A DNA stretch of 64,000 bases. Source: Chiloscyllium plagiosum (lineage: Eukaryota). The stretch is taken from contig NC_057760.1 of the NCBI RefSeq assembly GCF_004010195.1, positions 112,871 through 176,870 of the forward strand, given 5' to 3'. The notes under the pieces are model-generated. The model searched no databases. It saw only the letters and a list, made by a program, of their open reading frames with translations, and was not told the DNA's origin. The position numbers and the translations under genes are program-made. Shown piece after piece: positions 1 through 12,425 of the stretch (positions within the stretch are counted from its first letter, which is position 1; each line of letters begins with the position of its first letter).

Positions 1-74
1 AACATTCTTCATCTCCACTACAGCAGGGTGGAACGTAGGCCCAGAACTACCTACTTTCCCTCAAAACAGTGTGA

Positions 75-395
75 TCTGGGCAGCATAATGGTTCAGTGGT
101 TAGCACTGTTGTCTCACAGTGCCAGGGACCTGGGTTTGATTCCACCCCAGGTGACAGTGTGGAGTGTGCACGTTCTCTCCATGTCTGTGTGGGTTTCCTC
201 TGGGTGCTCCAGTTTCCTCCCACAGTCCAAGTATGTGCAAGTTAGGACGGCTATGCTAAATTGCCCACGGTGTCCAGGGCTGTGCAGATTAGGTGGTTAG
301 GTCATGGAAAATGCAGTTACAGGGATGGAGTGGGTTGCTCCTCAGAGGGTTGGTGTGTACTCGATGGCCTGCTTCCACAATGTGGAGATTTTATG
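75..395 (+). mobile_element. HE1/V-SINE (tRNA-derived)
   Basis: tRNA-like head cagtggttagcactg...gggtttgattcc plus V-domain tgggtttcctctgggtgctccagtttcctcccacagtccaa. Confidence 0.85.
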
Positions 396-2850
396 ACATC
401 TTTCAGAGAGAAATTTCCGTAAAACCCCAAATAGTTCACCCATGCCCTTTAGGGAGGGAAATCTGCCATGATTATCCAGTCTAATCTACAAGTTACTTAA
501 TTACCCATTGCCCTAACAATGAAGGCATTTAAGGACAGGCAACAAATGCAGCCTGTTTTAATGTCCACATCCCACTAAAGAATAAAGATGTAATTCTGAA
601 GCACATGGTCAGAGTAGGAGCTAATGTTGGAAAATCCTGCTATATAATAACTCGCTGGTCTGTACTCAGACAGCTGACCTCCATAGTGAGGCAGCAAGGA
701 CACGAGAACGGGATTCAGAAGTCTTCCAAGCTAGTAGGAGGACTCAAAATAAAATGAATCAGCCATTCTTGACCACCATCTCTTTACCAAGTTATTCAAA
801 CAATGTGTCTTAACTTCAGAGGAAAGCAAGGTTCAGCTGAGCCCACATTTTCCTCCCGCTGCTGTCAAATTGGGTGGATGGCATGAATCTACATACTTAA
901 CATTCAGGGCAATACAGCTGTAATATCTTAAAATTACCCCACATCTCATTGAGTAGATCATCAAGAACTAGTGTTTGCCAATAATGTAGAGTGCACCAAG
1001 ACTTAAGTTTGTGCCGGTGGAATAAAAGAGACACATGCTCAGGAAAGTAGATCCATCAAAAAGCTCATTCATTACAACAGACAAAGAGAACATAAGGCTT
1101 AAACAGAAAAAAAAATGATACTGCAAACAGGTCACTTACAGCTTCTAGCAAATGTCAATCAACTTGCTCTTAAAGTGTCCAAACACGTGCTTTAAAAAGT
1201 TTCCTATATGCTCAAGTCCAAGATCAGCCTAATCAATCTGTTGCATCATGAATCATTAACCAACATGCTTTCCAAAGCATAATATCAACACAATTCTTAA
1301 AAGGCAGCAGACAAAATTTGATTAAAACACTCTGTATGTCCTAAGCAATAACATACAAAGTTCTTCCCCTTTGCCAGTTCAGCCTAAAAACCATAAGAAA
1401 CCTTTGAAATCAACCCGAACATTACCAAACGAATATATATATATCTCTTTAAAAAGGTTATCACTTAGGATGATTTGGCCAGGGAATGCAAATACTACAC
1501 AGTTACAGGAATAGCCCAGCTATCCGTCAGTGGACATTCTGCAAAGAAAAAGGAATTGTTGCGTTTTGCTGTGTAAAACAGTCCAGCTGTCATCAGTATG
1601 CACGCATTCAAATAATTGCTCTTGTTGGTCAAGTGCTGAAGTTAGAAGTGCCTCCAATGTGACACCCCTTCCCATCATTTGGATACAGCGCAGTCAGACC
1701 GTTTAGTGGCTGTAACTTTCACCCTTTGTGTCCCACTGCTTGATGACAAGGAGGCTCTCACTGGTGACCGCTGTGGCATCCCTGCACTCGTAATTAATCT
1801 GCAAGTCTCCAGTTTGCCCCAAAGAAGCCACTCCTGTCCTCGATGTGACTGGTGAGGGAATATGTAATTGAAACCACGTGGTCCCAATGATCCAGTGACC
1901 GCCGCAAGTTCACATTCTACCCGAGGACAGCTGAGCATAAGATCACATTGATCTCTTGGTCAAATGCAAGGTGCACACAGGAAAGGTATCCACTTCAGTT
2001 AGACACTGAAGGTCATGCAGCCTATGGAAACGTAGCCTGAATAAGGAGCAAAAGCTTCAAGCAATGATGGGATTTGGTGGAGTAAATACGTATGTATATA
2101 GTGCATCGGAGAAGAAAAAAAAAAATCAAATGGTACATTTTAGGAGAATTGGCATTTAACTCTGTGGCTGTCCTGCCCTGGAATGAGGAAGCTTTAGGTC
2201 AAAGTTATTTGGCATTTTAATCAAGTAATCAAGCTCTGAAATAAAAGTAGAAAGAGCTGGAGAAATGGGAACAGTTTTCCATAGAAGAGTCAAACATGAC
2301 TCAATGTAAACTCTTTCTCTCTCCACGGATGCTGCCAGACCTACTGAGTTTCTCAAGCACTTTCAGTTTTTATTATAGTTTGCATTTTGTTAAGTAACAT
2401 ACGGAAATTCTACTCCCACCATTGGCAAAAAGAATTCTGGACTAATAGCACAGATTGGCATCAAATTTGCTGGAGGCTGGGGTTGCGTTAATACATCTCT
2501 GAACATTTTTTGGAGTTCTCATCCATTGCTGAAGACAAAAAAAAAAGATTTCCGGGCAGCGGAGGTTACGACTGTGCGACATTGTCAATTCAACTCTCTG
2601 TTTTCAATGCACACAGTGTGAATTCCCACATTTGCAAGTGAATATCCTAGAATAATTTAAGAAACAGCTGCATGCTGTGATGATGGGACTGTCTGGAAAG
2701 GAGAAGCGAGATGCTTTGAATGACCTCCCTCGGTCTGAATCTAACCCGGGATTTGGAGAAGTCTCATTAGAGATTTGGCCTTTATTCCCTCACATAGTAA
2801 ATAGCGAGTTCTCAAAATGGTTTGTGCTGGTCCGGAACAGAGGTGGTCAG

Positions 2851-2851
<1 letters not shown>

Positions 2852-2894
<43 letters not shown>
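2852..2894. repeat. (CA)n microsatellite
   Basis: Direct inspection. Confidence 0.95.
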
Positions 2895-2898
<4 letters not shown>

Positions 2899-3439
2899 GG
2901 ATCATCAGAACTCCTGTGTCTGTCTAGCAAATTTAAAATAAAGTTCTGATTCATTTCCCACGGGATGTTAAAATACTCGGTTTTTCAAAAAACAATCGAA
3001 GTTTCAGGATTAAAACAGGAAAAACAAAATCAGTTTTACTGCAAATCTTATCACCTTATTAACAGGTTTCACTGCCCCACACTGGAATTCTCACCTGCCA
3101 GGAGTTGAAATCTGGGGTAGTATCCATCCAGTGGCAACAGCGTACAGAGGATCTAACAATCTGATTCAAAGGTGGCATTGCAAAACACACGCATCAAGTT
3201 AGTACAGAAGATTTTTGTCTCAAGAGCCACAGTTTTAAATCTGCAGTTGGCCAGTTCAGCCTCACAAACACAAAACTGCTTGTGACAGAAAGGGTTGGAG
3301 GAGACACATGTGGAGCATGTACACCATCACAGACCTGCCGGCCTGAATGGCTCGTTACTGCACTAACCTCATTCAATGCAGTCGCCCTCCCCTTTCCCAG
3401 ACCCTCCCATTTGAACTCATAGAACATCTCGACCACCCT

Positions 3440-3504
3440 CTCCACAGAACAAGAAACCAGATCTCAAAAAGAAAAACCAAACGCAAGCATTTCAAAGGTT
3501 TATT
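3440..3504 (-). terminator. Polyadenylation signal AATAAA with downstream GU/U-rich element
   Basis: Minus strand reads AATAAAcctttgaaatgcttgcgtttggtttttctttttgagatctggtttcttgttctgt. Confidence 0.6.
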
Positions 3505-5054
3505 CGAGATCATGATATTCGCTGAAAAATATTACTTCTTAAAAACACCACCAGCGACCCACCCTCCCGGCTAAAATAATATTTACCATCCCTGGAGCAA
3601 CAGGTTCCAATGGAAGGACTGACAGTTGGGACTACATTCATGGATCAGAGGATTTCCCCTGCCTCTTCCCCCTACTCCCCCATGTCTTTCTTTCTTGAAA
3701 ACGATAAGACTCAGCATGCCATCGAGGGCTGTGGGGGAATTAGCACGACCATTTGGAAACTGCCTGTGGTCTCCGGGCTCTGATATCACAACTAGACAAG
3801 TCGTGAGCTTGCATGGGGTTGGAAAGGGGAACTGGCCACATGATAAAGAAAATCTAATTCTCTCCATTTTGCCACAATGGTAATCTCATGTGTGGTTGCT
3901 CCTTATCGCTGAGGCCATTTCTCCTCGCACAACTCAAGAGGTCACAACAGTGCTTTCGACGACAGCAGCAGTCAGGCAGCAACTTCAAAGCCAGCCCATA
4001 ACTTCTGCCTCTCGGAGAGCAATCAGAAGAAGGGTGCTTTGCGCCCTGCCTGATTCAGTGTGCGTTACAGTTGGGCCTTTGGGTTTAACCATCCTGAGTC
4101 TAACAATTGGGCTGGGGATAACCTGGACTGTGTGGTTCTGTCTTCCCCGTGGCAGTGCGGTTTACCCTCTTGAACTACAAGGGAGCCTATCCTCCATTAA
4201 TGCTCCAGGATGCAGAACAAACCAAATCTTTGGGACCACGTTTCCAGCCAACACTGCGATACACAGAAAAACCAGAAAATGGTGTCACTTTACTTCTCTT
4301 CAAGATCTGCACTGCCATGTCAGCTTCTGAGCCGGGTGCAGACAAAAGCAGAGCAAAAGAAACCCTCTCTCGGATCACAAAAAATCCCAGAAAAAAAATA
4401 TGAAGAGGAAATGATTGAGCTCCATTAGAAACTTACTACCAGCCCTACAGACTCGAGATCAGCTCGCCTGCAGAGATGTCGCCTCACACCTGGAGTCAAC
4501 TTTGTGTCATGGGGGCTTGCATTTCTCAAGACAGGCAGAGGTTTTGTTTCTTTCAAACCAGGATTACAATCCAAACAGAAGCAAGTGAAGATTATTCCTA
4601 CAAGCTGAAGTCCGATCACCTCCAGCTTCAAGTACCTGCCCCCATCTCACCATATTCCTTATTCAAATCGATAATGTTAGGTGGAATTTTTCCACACAGA
4701 CAGGCAAAAGATTAAACATAAGAAATTGTCCCCTGCACTCTGCACAAACCACACACACACACACACATACACACACACACAAAGCAATAACTTGCGCTGC
4801 AAACCAAGGGGTCGTGAAGACTAAGCTGAACTGAGCAAAACAGCAGATTTAAAGAACTCTTCGGCGGAGATTTCGGAGAGGCACAACAGCCCGGTGTTCT
4901 TCCCCCTCAGGAATATCTGAAGCGAGCTTGTGTCCTTTTAGGAGGAACGCACATGAGGAATTGTTCACACAGAGTTCTTGAGCGGGACACAAACCGTAAA
5001 AGGATGAATCAGAGGAGATCCACGTGTCTGTGTGTGTGTGTGTGTATATATATG

Positions 5055-5098
<44 letters not shown>

Positions 5099-5238
5099 TA
5101 TATGAGAGAGAGAGAGAGTGTCTATATATATATAAAAATATGAGTCCAAACCATGCAAAGTGGCTTTTTTGTAAAGAGCAGACCCTTATTTTTGGTAATC
5201 AAGGGTGTTCAAGTGTGGTTTTGTTGCCTGCCCATCAC
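3480..5238 (-). other. CDC42SE1: Non-coding terminal exon (3' UTR, about 1.75 kb)
   Basis: Acceptor ttctgattttttttgtag|GTG at 5238; transposon-free sequence down to a polyadenylation signal at 3504-3499. Confidence 0.65.
5027..5153. repeat. Compound (TG)/(AG)/(TA) microsatellite in the 3' UTR
   Basis: Direct inspection. Confidence 0.9.
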
Positions 5239-5324
5239 CTACAAAAAAAATCAGAAGTACATCTGTGAGAAATTCTTATCAACCAAAAAAAAGGATAATA
5301 GTTTTGATACAATTTGTCACCCAC

Positions 5325-6785
5325 AGTGAGCTCTACAGCCACACAAACCCTTCGGTCCAACCAGTCCATGCTGACCATAATCCCAAACTAAACTAGTCCC
5401 ACCTGCCTGCTCCTGGACCATATCCCACCAGACAGTTTTAATTCACGTACTTATCCAAATGTCTTTTAAATGTTGTAATTGTACCCACATCTGTGTAAAA
5501 ATGTTTCCCCTTGTGTCCTTTATGAAGCTTGTTCCTCTCACCTTAAAAATATGCCACCCTAGGGAAAAGACCCTTGTCATTCACCCTAACTATACCCCTT
5601 TCGATTTTATAAAAGCCGTCTCTCAACCTCAGGCGACTGTGTGGAGTTTGCACGTTCTCCCCGTGTCTGCGTGGGTTTCCTCCGGGTGCTCCGGTTTCCT
5701 CCCACAGTCCAAAGATGTGCAGGCCAGGTGTATTGGCCATGCTAAATTGCCCGTAGTGTTAGGTAAGGGGTAAATGTAGGGTTATGGGTGGGTTGCGCTT
5801 CGGCGGGGCGGTGTGGACTTGTTGGGCCGAAGGGCCTGTTTCCACACGGTAAGTAATCTAATCTAATCTAATCTAAAAAAAACCTCCTGCGATCCAATGG
5901 AAAAAGTCCCAGCCTATTTCTATATCTCAAACCCTCCGTTCTCAGCAACATCCTGGTAAATCTTTTCTGAACACTCTCCAGTTTAATAATATCCTTCCTG
6001 TAACAGGGCGACCAGATCTGGACACACTATTCCAGAAGAGATCTCACCAACTTCCTGTACAACATCAACATGACATCCAAACTCCTATATTGTAAAGGTC
6101 TGACTGATGAAGGCAAGCATGCTAAATGCCTTCTTAACCACCCTGTCTACCTGTGATGCAAATTTCAAATAATTGTCTACTTGAACCCCTGGGTCTTTCT
6201 ATTCTACCACACTACCCAGAGCTGTATCATTAATTGTATCAGATCCTCCCCTTGTTTGTTTTACCAAAATGTAATACTTCACATTTATCTAAACTAAACT
6301 CCATCTGCCACTCTTCAGCCATTGACCTAATTAACCAAGATCTCTTTCTAATCTTAGATAACCTTCTTCACTATCCACTATATCACCAGTTTGGTGGCAG
6401 CTGCAAACTTAGTAACCATGTCTCCTATATTCTCATTCAAATCACTAACATAAACAACAAACAAACGTGGACCCCACACCAATCCCGGTGGGATACTGTT
6501 GGTCACAGGCCTCCAGTCTGAAAAACAACCCTCCACATCTCACTCTGTCTCCTGCCGTTAAGCCAATTTTGTACCCAATTGGTATGCTCACCCTGAAACC
6601 CGATGTAATCGAACTTTACTAATCATCCAACATGTGGAAACTTGTCAAAACCTTTACTAAAATCTAAGTAAACAACGTCTACCACTCTGCCCTCAATCAT
6701 CAAAAAAAAGAATTAAGTTTGTGAGACACTATTTTCCTCGTAAAAACCAAGCTGACTATCCTTAATCCATCTTTGCCTCCTACTC
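5325..6785 (-). mobile_element. CR1/HER1-type LINE fragment interrupted by a plus-strand, 5'-truncated HE1 SINE (about 5620-5876, (TAATC)n tail)
   Basis: Reverse complement of the CR1 3' end (cccttcggtccaaccagtccatg) and a decayed RT region. Confidence 0.8.
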
Positions 6786-6877
6786 TTCCAAATTCCAGCA
6801 TAGCTGGTCCAACCTTTCTCAGAAGGCAACCCACCCATTAGTCCAGTATTTGTCCAGTTTAACTTTCTGCAATTTTT

Positions 6878-8250
6878 GGAGAAGATTTGTGGTTCAGGTT
6901 GTAGATTTGCTCACTGAGCTGGAAGGTTTGTTCTCAGACATTTCGTCACCACGCTGGGTAACATCATCAGTGAGCCTCCACTGGTGTTCTGTCCCATTTT
7001 TTATGTGTGTGCCTTGGTCTGTTACAGTGGGTGATATCGTTTCTAGTTCTTTTTCTCAGAGGTTGGTAAATGGGGTCCAAATCGAGGGGTTTATTGATGG
7101 AGTTCCGGTCTGAATGCCAGGCCTCTAGGAATTCCCATGCGTGTCTCTGTTTAGCCTGTCCTAGGATGGATGTATTGTCCCAGGTGAAGTGGTGTCCTTC
7201 TTTGTATGCAAGGATACTAGTGATAATCTTTGGGTGGCTATTTGGGGTTGGTGTATCCTGGTGGCTAGTTTTCCGCCTGTCTGTCCAATGTAGTATTTAT
7301 TACAGTCCTTGCAGGGTATTTTGTAAATGACATTCAATTTGCTGGTTGTTGGTATAGGGTCTTTTAGGTTCATCAGTAGCTGTTCCAGTGTGTGGACTAC
7401 CATGATGCCAAGGGGTTATCTCTGAGATGTCTTTGACGTATGGTAGTGTGGCTGGGGTTTCTGGGCATATTGTGTCTACTGGTTTGTTGTTTAAGAATCG
7501 GCACACTGTGTTAAATCAAGTATCCGTTGTTCTTGGATATGCTGTATAAATGTTTTTCTTCTGCCACTCGTAGTTCCTGGGTGCTACAGTGTGTCGTGAC
7601 CCGTTTAAATAATGTCCTGATGCAGCTCCTTTTGTGGGTGTAGGGCCGATTGCTTCTGTAGTTAAGCATCTGGTGTCACAGTATAACAAACAGGTAATGG
7701 AGAGCTGTAGACCAGTGTCTACAGGAAAGCAACACACACAGACCAGATACTTAACTACAGAAACATTCATCCCGACACCCACAACAGAGCTGCAGGAGGA
7801 CGTTATTTAAACAGGCTACAACACACTGCAGCACCCAGGAACTACATCAAACAGACAGGCAGGAAACTAGCCACCAGGATACACGAGCACCAACTAGCCA
7901 CCAAAAGGCATGGCCCACTATCACTAGTATTCTTACATACAGATGAAGGAGGACATCACTCCGACCCAGACAACACATCCATCCTAGGACAGGCTAAACA
8001 GAGACACGCACAAGAATTTCTAGAGGCTGGCATTCAAACTGGAACTCCATCAATAAACACAATGATTTGGACCCCGTTTACCAACCTCTGAGAAAACAAA
8101 CCGGAAATGATACCACATACCTTAACAGGCCAAGACAAACGGGACAGAACACCAGTATTTCACCGGAGGCTCACTGATGATGTTACCTAGCATGGTGACG
8201 AAACATCTGAAAACAAACCTTCCAGTTCAGTGGGCCAACTTACAACCTGA
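6878..8250. mobile_element. Penelope-like element fragment in inverted arrangement (minus about 6878-7745, plus about 7747-8250)
   Basis: ORF 7161..7403 contains the GIY-YIG motif VIYKIPCKDCNKYYIGQTG; the terminal roughly 400 bp are present in both orientations. Confidence 0.85.
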
Positions 8251-8292
8251 TTTTACTTTCTGGTTGAAAGACTTACTTGCTGAAGGAGGTGC

Positions 8293-8397
8293 TCACTGTG
8301 AAGAAAACTGGCTCTTTGCTACATTCTGTCTTGAATCCGTAGTAGAATTGGCAACCATACCACTTTTGGATTTCATCCGCTCTTGTACTGACCCTGG
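8293..8397 (-). CDS. CDC42SE1: CDC42 small effector, coding exon 3 (PGSVQERMKSKSGMVANSTTDSRQNVAKSQFSSQ*)
   Basis: Strong polypyrimidine acceptor ttcctttttttccttctcaacag|CCA; GSVQERMKSK aligns with CDC42SE1 GAVQEQMRSK; TGA at 8295-8293; the exon continues to the donor CAA|gtaagt at 8277. Confidence 0.9.
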   Translation of the reverse strand, partial: PGSVQERMKSKSGMVANSTTDSRQNVAKSQFSSQ

Positions 8398-8684
8398 CTG
8401 TTGAGAAGGAAAAAAAGGAAACTTCACCAACAGCGATGAAAAGAACTTCTAATTCATTCATTCATGGGATGTGGACGTCGCGGGCAATTCAACATTTGCT
8501 GCACCTTGAGATATGAGCAAGGTACTGGTATAGTCAGCCAGGCAAGTGGAGAGCGAGCCATTCAATTTGAGGGGTAACTAGGGACAGCCAGTAAATGCTG
8601 GGTCACATCCCATGACCAATGCCATCATCACAATCTAATGCAAAACAGTCCCATTACTACAGTTACTGCACTTAAGTTGGGGGA

Positions 8685-9380
8685 ATGTTGCTGAACATCC
8701 TTGGAGCTCAGGTTCATGGTTACTTGAAGGTGGAGTCACAGGTAGATAGGGTAGTGAAGGCGACGTGTGGTACACTTGCCTTTATTGGTCAGTGCATTGA
8801 GTACAGGAGTTGGGAGGTCATGTTGCGGCTATACAGGACATTGGTCAGGCCACTGTTGGAATACTGTGTTCATTTCTGGTCAAAGGATGTCGTGAAACTT
8901 GAAAGGGTTCAGAAAAGCTTTCCAAGGATGTTGCCAGGGTTACAGGGTTTGAGTTATAGAGAGAGGCTGAATAGGCTGGGGCTGTTTTCCCTGGAGCATC
9001 AGAGGCTGAGCGGTGACCTTATAGAGGTTTATAAAATTATGAAGGGCATGGATAGGATAAATAGACAAAGTCTTTTCCCTGGGGTCGGGGAATCCAGAAC
9101 TTGAGGGTATAAGGTGGGAGGGAAAAGATTTAAAAGGGACCTAAGTGGCAACATTTTCACACAGACGGTGGGACGTGTATGAAATGAGCTGCCAGAGGAT
9201 GTGGTGGAGGCTGGTACAATTACAGCATTTAAATGGCATTCTGTATGGGTATATTGAATAGGTAAGGTTTGGAGGGATATGGGCCAAATGCTGGCAAATT
9301 AAGGTAGAACATCTGGTTGGCATGGACAAGTTGGACCGAAGGGTCTGTTTCCGTGCTGTAAATCTGCATGACTCTACAAC
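8685..9380 (+). mobile_element. CR1/HER1 LINE 3' fragment
   Basis: ORF with LYRTLVRPLLEYCVHFW...LFSLEHQRLSGDLIEVYKIM, the CR1 ORF2 C-terminus. Confidence 0.9.
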
Positions 9381-9712
9381 TGGGAGTATTACTCCTCCTG
9401 AGCTGCACAGTCCTGAGGCAAGAGTGAAATTATGGAGAATGGCACTCACAACCAGAGAAATCTTTTCTCTCAGACAGCCGTAGAATTCTCTCTTCTCTTC
9501 GCAGACTAGGTTATTGAAAAAAGGCTGAGTTAGACTGGACTTTGATCGACGAGGAATTTGAAGGTTATCTGATGGGGGCTGGTTTGAGGCTGGAATCTAA
9601 TCCATCACAAATTTTATCAAATGGCAGAGCAGGACTGAGGGGCTGAGAGGCGTCCTCCTATTCCCAGGTCCTATATTTGTCTCCTTTAAGCTTGCCGTGG
9701 TTAGGTAAAAAC

Positions 9713-10045
9713 GGGGCGGCACAGTGGCTCAGTGGTTAACACTGCTGCCTCACAGCGCCAGGGACCCGGGTTCGATTCCAGCCTCGGGCGACTGTCTGTG
9801 TGGAGTTTGCAACTTCTCCCCATGTCTGCATGGGTTTTCTCCGGGCGCTCCAGTCCCAGAGTCCAAAGATATGCAACGTAGGTGAATTGGCCATGCTAAA
9901 TTGCCCTGTAGTGGGATGTGTAGGTTGGGTGTATTAATCAGGGGTAAATGTAGGGTAACAGGGGAATGGGTCTGGGTGGGATACTCTTCGATATGGACTT
10001 GCTGGGCCAAAAGGCCTGTTTCCACATGGTAGCGATTCTATGAAA
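9713..10045 (+). mobile_element. HE1/V-SINE, near full length
   Basis: ggggcggcacagtggctcagtggtt head, B-box gggttcgattcc, V-domain, LINE-like tail. Confidence 0.9.
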
Positions 10046-10509
10046 GAATTTTATGAAAAAGAAAACACACTGCAATAAACAGGTGACACACAAAAGAATA
10101 ACAGGGGGCATCGACTAGCGATTTCTCTCTCTTTTAGTGAAAATAATTCCATAGAAAGGGCCTTTTCTTTGAGCAGCTGCAGAATCATTCTCAGCGACAC
10201 CCCCTCCAAACCACCACAACCACTCTCTTATTCATTCCTGGCAGAAACAGACACATCTAGAATACACAATGCTTCATTTTCCAGCATCTTCCCAGTGGAT
10301 TCATTCAATCGATGGCATGGAACTCACCAGCTGGTGCTACTGACAGTCATCACACACAGACACTCAGAGGTGGCAGGAGATTGGAGGACGGGGGGACGAT
10401 GTGAAGGTCAGGATGACAGGAACAGAGACGGGAACAACAGACAGATAGGGGTTACAGAGACAAAACTAGTCAGGAGTGAAGGTACAGAGAGGGAAATGGG
10501 GGTGGGGGA

Positions 10510-10512
<3 letters not shown>

Positions 10513-10545
<33 letters not shown>
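10513..10545. repeat. (GA)n microsatellite
   Basis: Direct inspection. Confidence 0.95.
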
Positions 10546-10549
<4 letters not shown>

Positions 10550-11036
10550 TAGAGAAAGTTCTCAGCCAAACAAAAAGAGAGAGAATTTGAACTTGAGAAG
10601 TTGCGACTTAGTCGGCAAAGTGAGGGTAAAGAGTGGGAAACTGGAGTGACAGGGAAAGAGACAGGCAGGCAGGGGTTCTGGAGACAGAGAAACACACAGA
10701 ATTAGTCAGTGGTGACACACACATACACATAGCTCCAACCCAAATTGTATCACATCCACGGTCAGTCAACAGTAAATCTGGCCTAAAACCTTAAAAGCAG
10801 TTGGACCCCAATAGCGTAACACAATTAATGCACGATAAACTATTACCATTTCATTGACACATTCCTCTGCACTCCACTTTCCAGTGGCACCATCTCCTCC
10901 CTATCCAGGTAACCCCCACCCCACCGACTCAGTGACAGGGAAAACACGGGATGGTGTTTAACGTTCCCTCGTCCCATCAGAACAGAGACTGGCTCAGACC
11001 AGCTGATCTGCACCCAAACAGGACAGTCAGTGGTTC

Positions 11037-11160
11037 GTGACGAAGAGCTTATGCTCGAAACGTCGACCCTCCTGCTGCTCGGATGTTGCCTGACCAGCTG
11101 TGCTTTTCCAGCACCACACTTTTTAACTGATCTCCAGGATCTGCATCCCTCACTCTCCTC
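11037..11160 (+). mobile_element. Short Penelope-related terminal fragment carrying a hammerhead-like motif
   Basis: tgacga-a-gagc-ttat-gctc-gaaac-gtc followed by ggatgttgcctgaccagctgtgcttttccagcacc; related copies at about 11.8, 19.65, 36.8, 51.06 and 57.8 kb. Confidence 0.65.
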
Positions 11161-11822
11161 AGACCAGCTGATAGATGGCCCGTAGCAGAGAGTCTGCCAG
11201 TTCATACCCAGTGAATGGATGATGCTTCAACCACTCATTGGTGAGCATGGTGTTTGGAATTTCATGGTCGGATTGAGCTACGAGGATTAACCCCATGGCG
11301 CCAGTGCCTCTAGACGCCTCCAGGATGTGTCAAAGAGCGACAAGGCCAGTGAGATACCTGGCAAAGTGTCGCAAGGTAGAAAGCGGAGGAGCCAGTTTAC
11401 AAACAGCAAGCTCCTGCTCACACCAATAAGTGGCCAGTCCACCTTTTCTGGTGATAATCATCACAGGGAGAACAGCCGATGGTGGCAGTGGAACGGTCTA
11501 AGCCTAGCGGGAAGTGGGATTTAAGACTAGACAGAGATTCCCCAACAGGGAGGGTGCAGCAGCTGGTGAACTGGCAAGCGGTCAGCGATCCAACTCGTGT
11601 GCAAGGCCTTGGCTGGGGGTCACAGTCTTAGAATAAGGAACAGACCAGATGGGACGGTACAGGGCGCTGGAGATTTGGGAGTTGTCTACCTAGTCAGCAG
11701 GAGCAGCTCAGTACATTCAAAGACCAAGAGCAATCTATTCCTAAAAACATTACAGCCTACAGGAATACTGCAGAAAGTTGACAGCGAGGCCACAGTGGAT
11801 GGGCTGAACAACCTCCTGGATT

Positions 11823-12066
11823 AGTGTTGCTGGAAAAGCACAGCAGTTCAGGCAGCATCCAAGGAGCAGGAAAATCGACGTTTCGGGCAAAAGCCCTTCA
11901 TCCGGAATACAGGCAGAGTGCCTGAAGGGTGGAGAGATAAATGAGAGGAGGGATTATATCTCCACCCTTCAGGCACTCTGTCTGTATTCAGATGCTGCCT
12001 GATCTGCTGTGCTTTTCCAGCACCACTCTACTCCAGAATCTGGTTTCCAGCATCTGCAGTCATTTA
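11823..12066. mobile_element. Fold-back copy of the same short Penelope-related element
   Basis: gctggaaaagcacagcag... on the left and ...ctgctgtgcttttccagc on the right, enclosing an inner hairpin of about 35 bp. Confidence 0.7.
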
Positions 12067-12425
12067 CCTGAACAACCTCCTGCAACTACTCCTCCTCCCC
12101 ATGGTCCAATTTGCAGATGGGCTGCAGGTTTCTAATGACGTCAGGAAGGGTTTTTTTTTTAAAATCAGCAACATTTTGAAATGGCGATAAAAGGGCAACA
12201 TTTAAGACATTGCCTTTTATTCTTGGTTGCTGCACAGTTTACATTATCTCAACGGGGAAAGGACCAAGGGTTGGGAATATATATTGTCATGCACAACCCC
12301 ATCTCCGAAAGCCCTCCCTATTGCTGTCACCCCCTCCAGCCTGTACACACCCTCCCTATCTCTATCATCTCCTTCCACCCTCTACACCCCCACCCTATCT
12401 CTGTCAGCCCCTCCAGCCCCCTGTG

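Noticed and set aside
1134..1240. Possible minus-strand exon with a gtaagt donor
   Set aside because: Stops in all three frames and a weak acceptor.
8273..8461. 62-aa minus-strand ORF as an independent gene
   Set aside because: It is a different reading frame over the real CDC42SE stop exon and its splice acceptor.
9713..9790. tRNA-like sequences with A and B boxes (many copies, also near 57685 and 57905)
   Set aside because: SINE heads continuous with repeat bodies; no complete cloverleaf seen.
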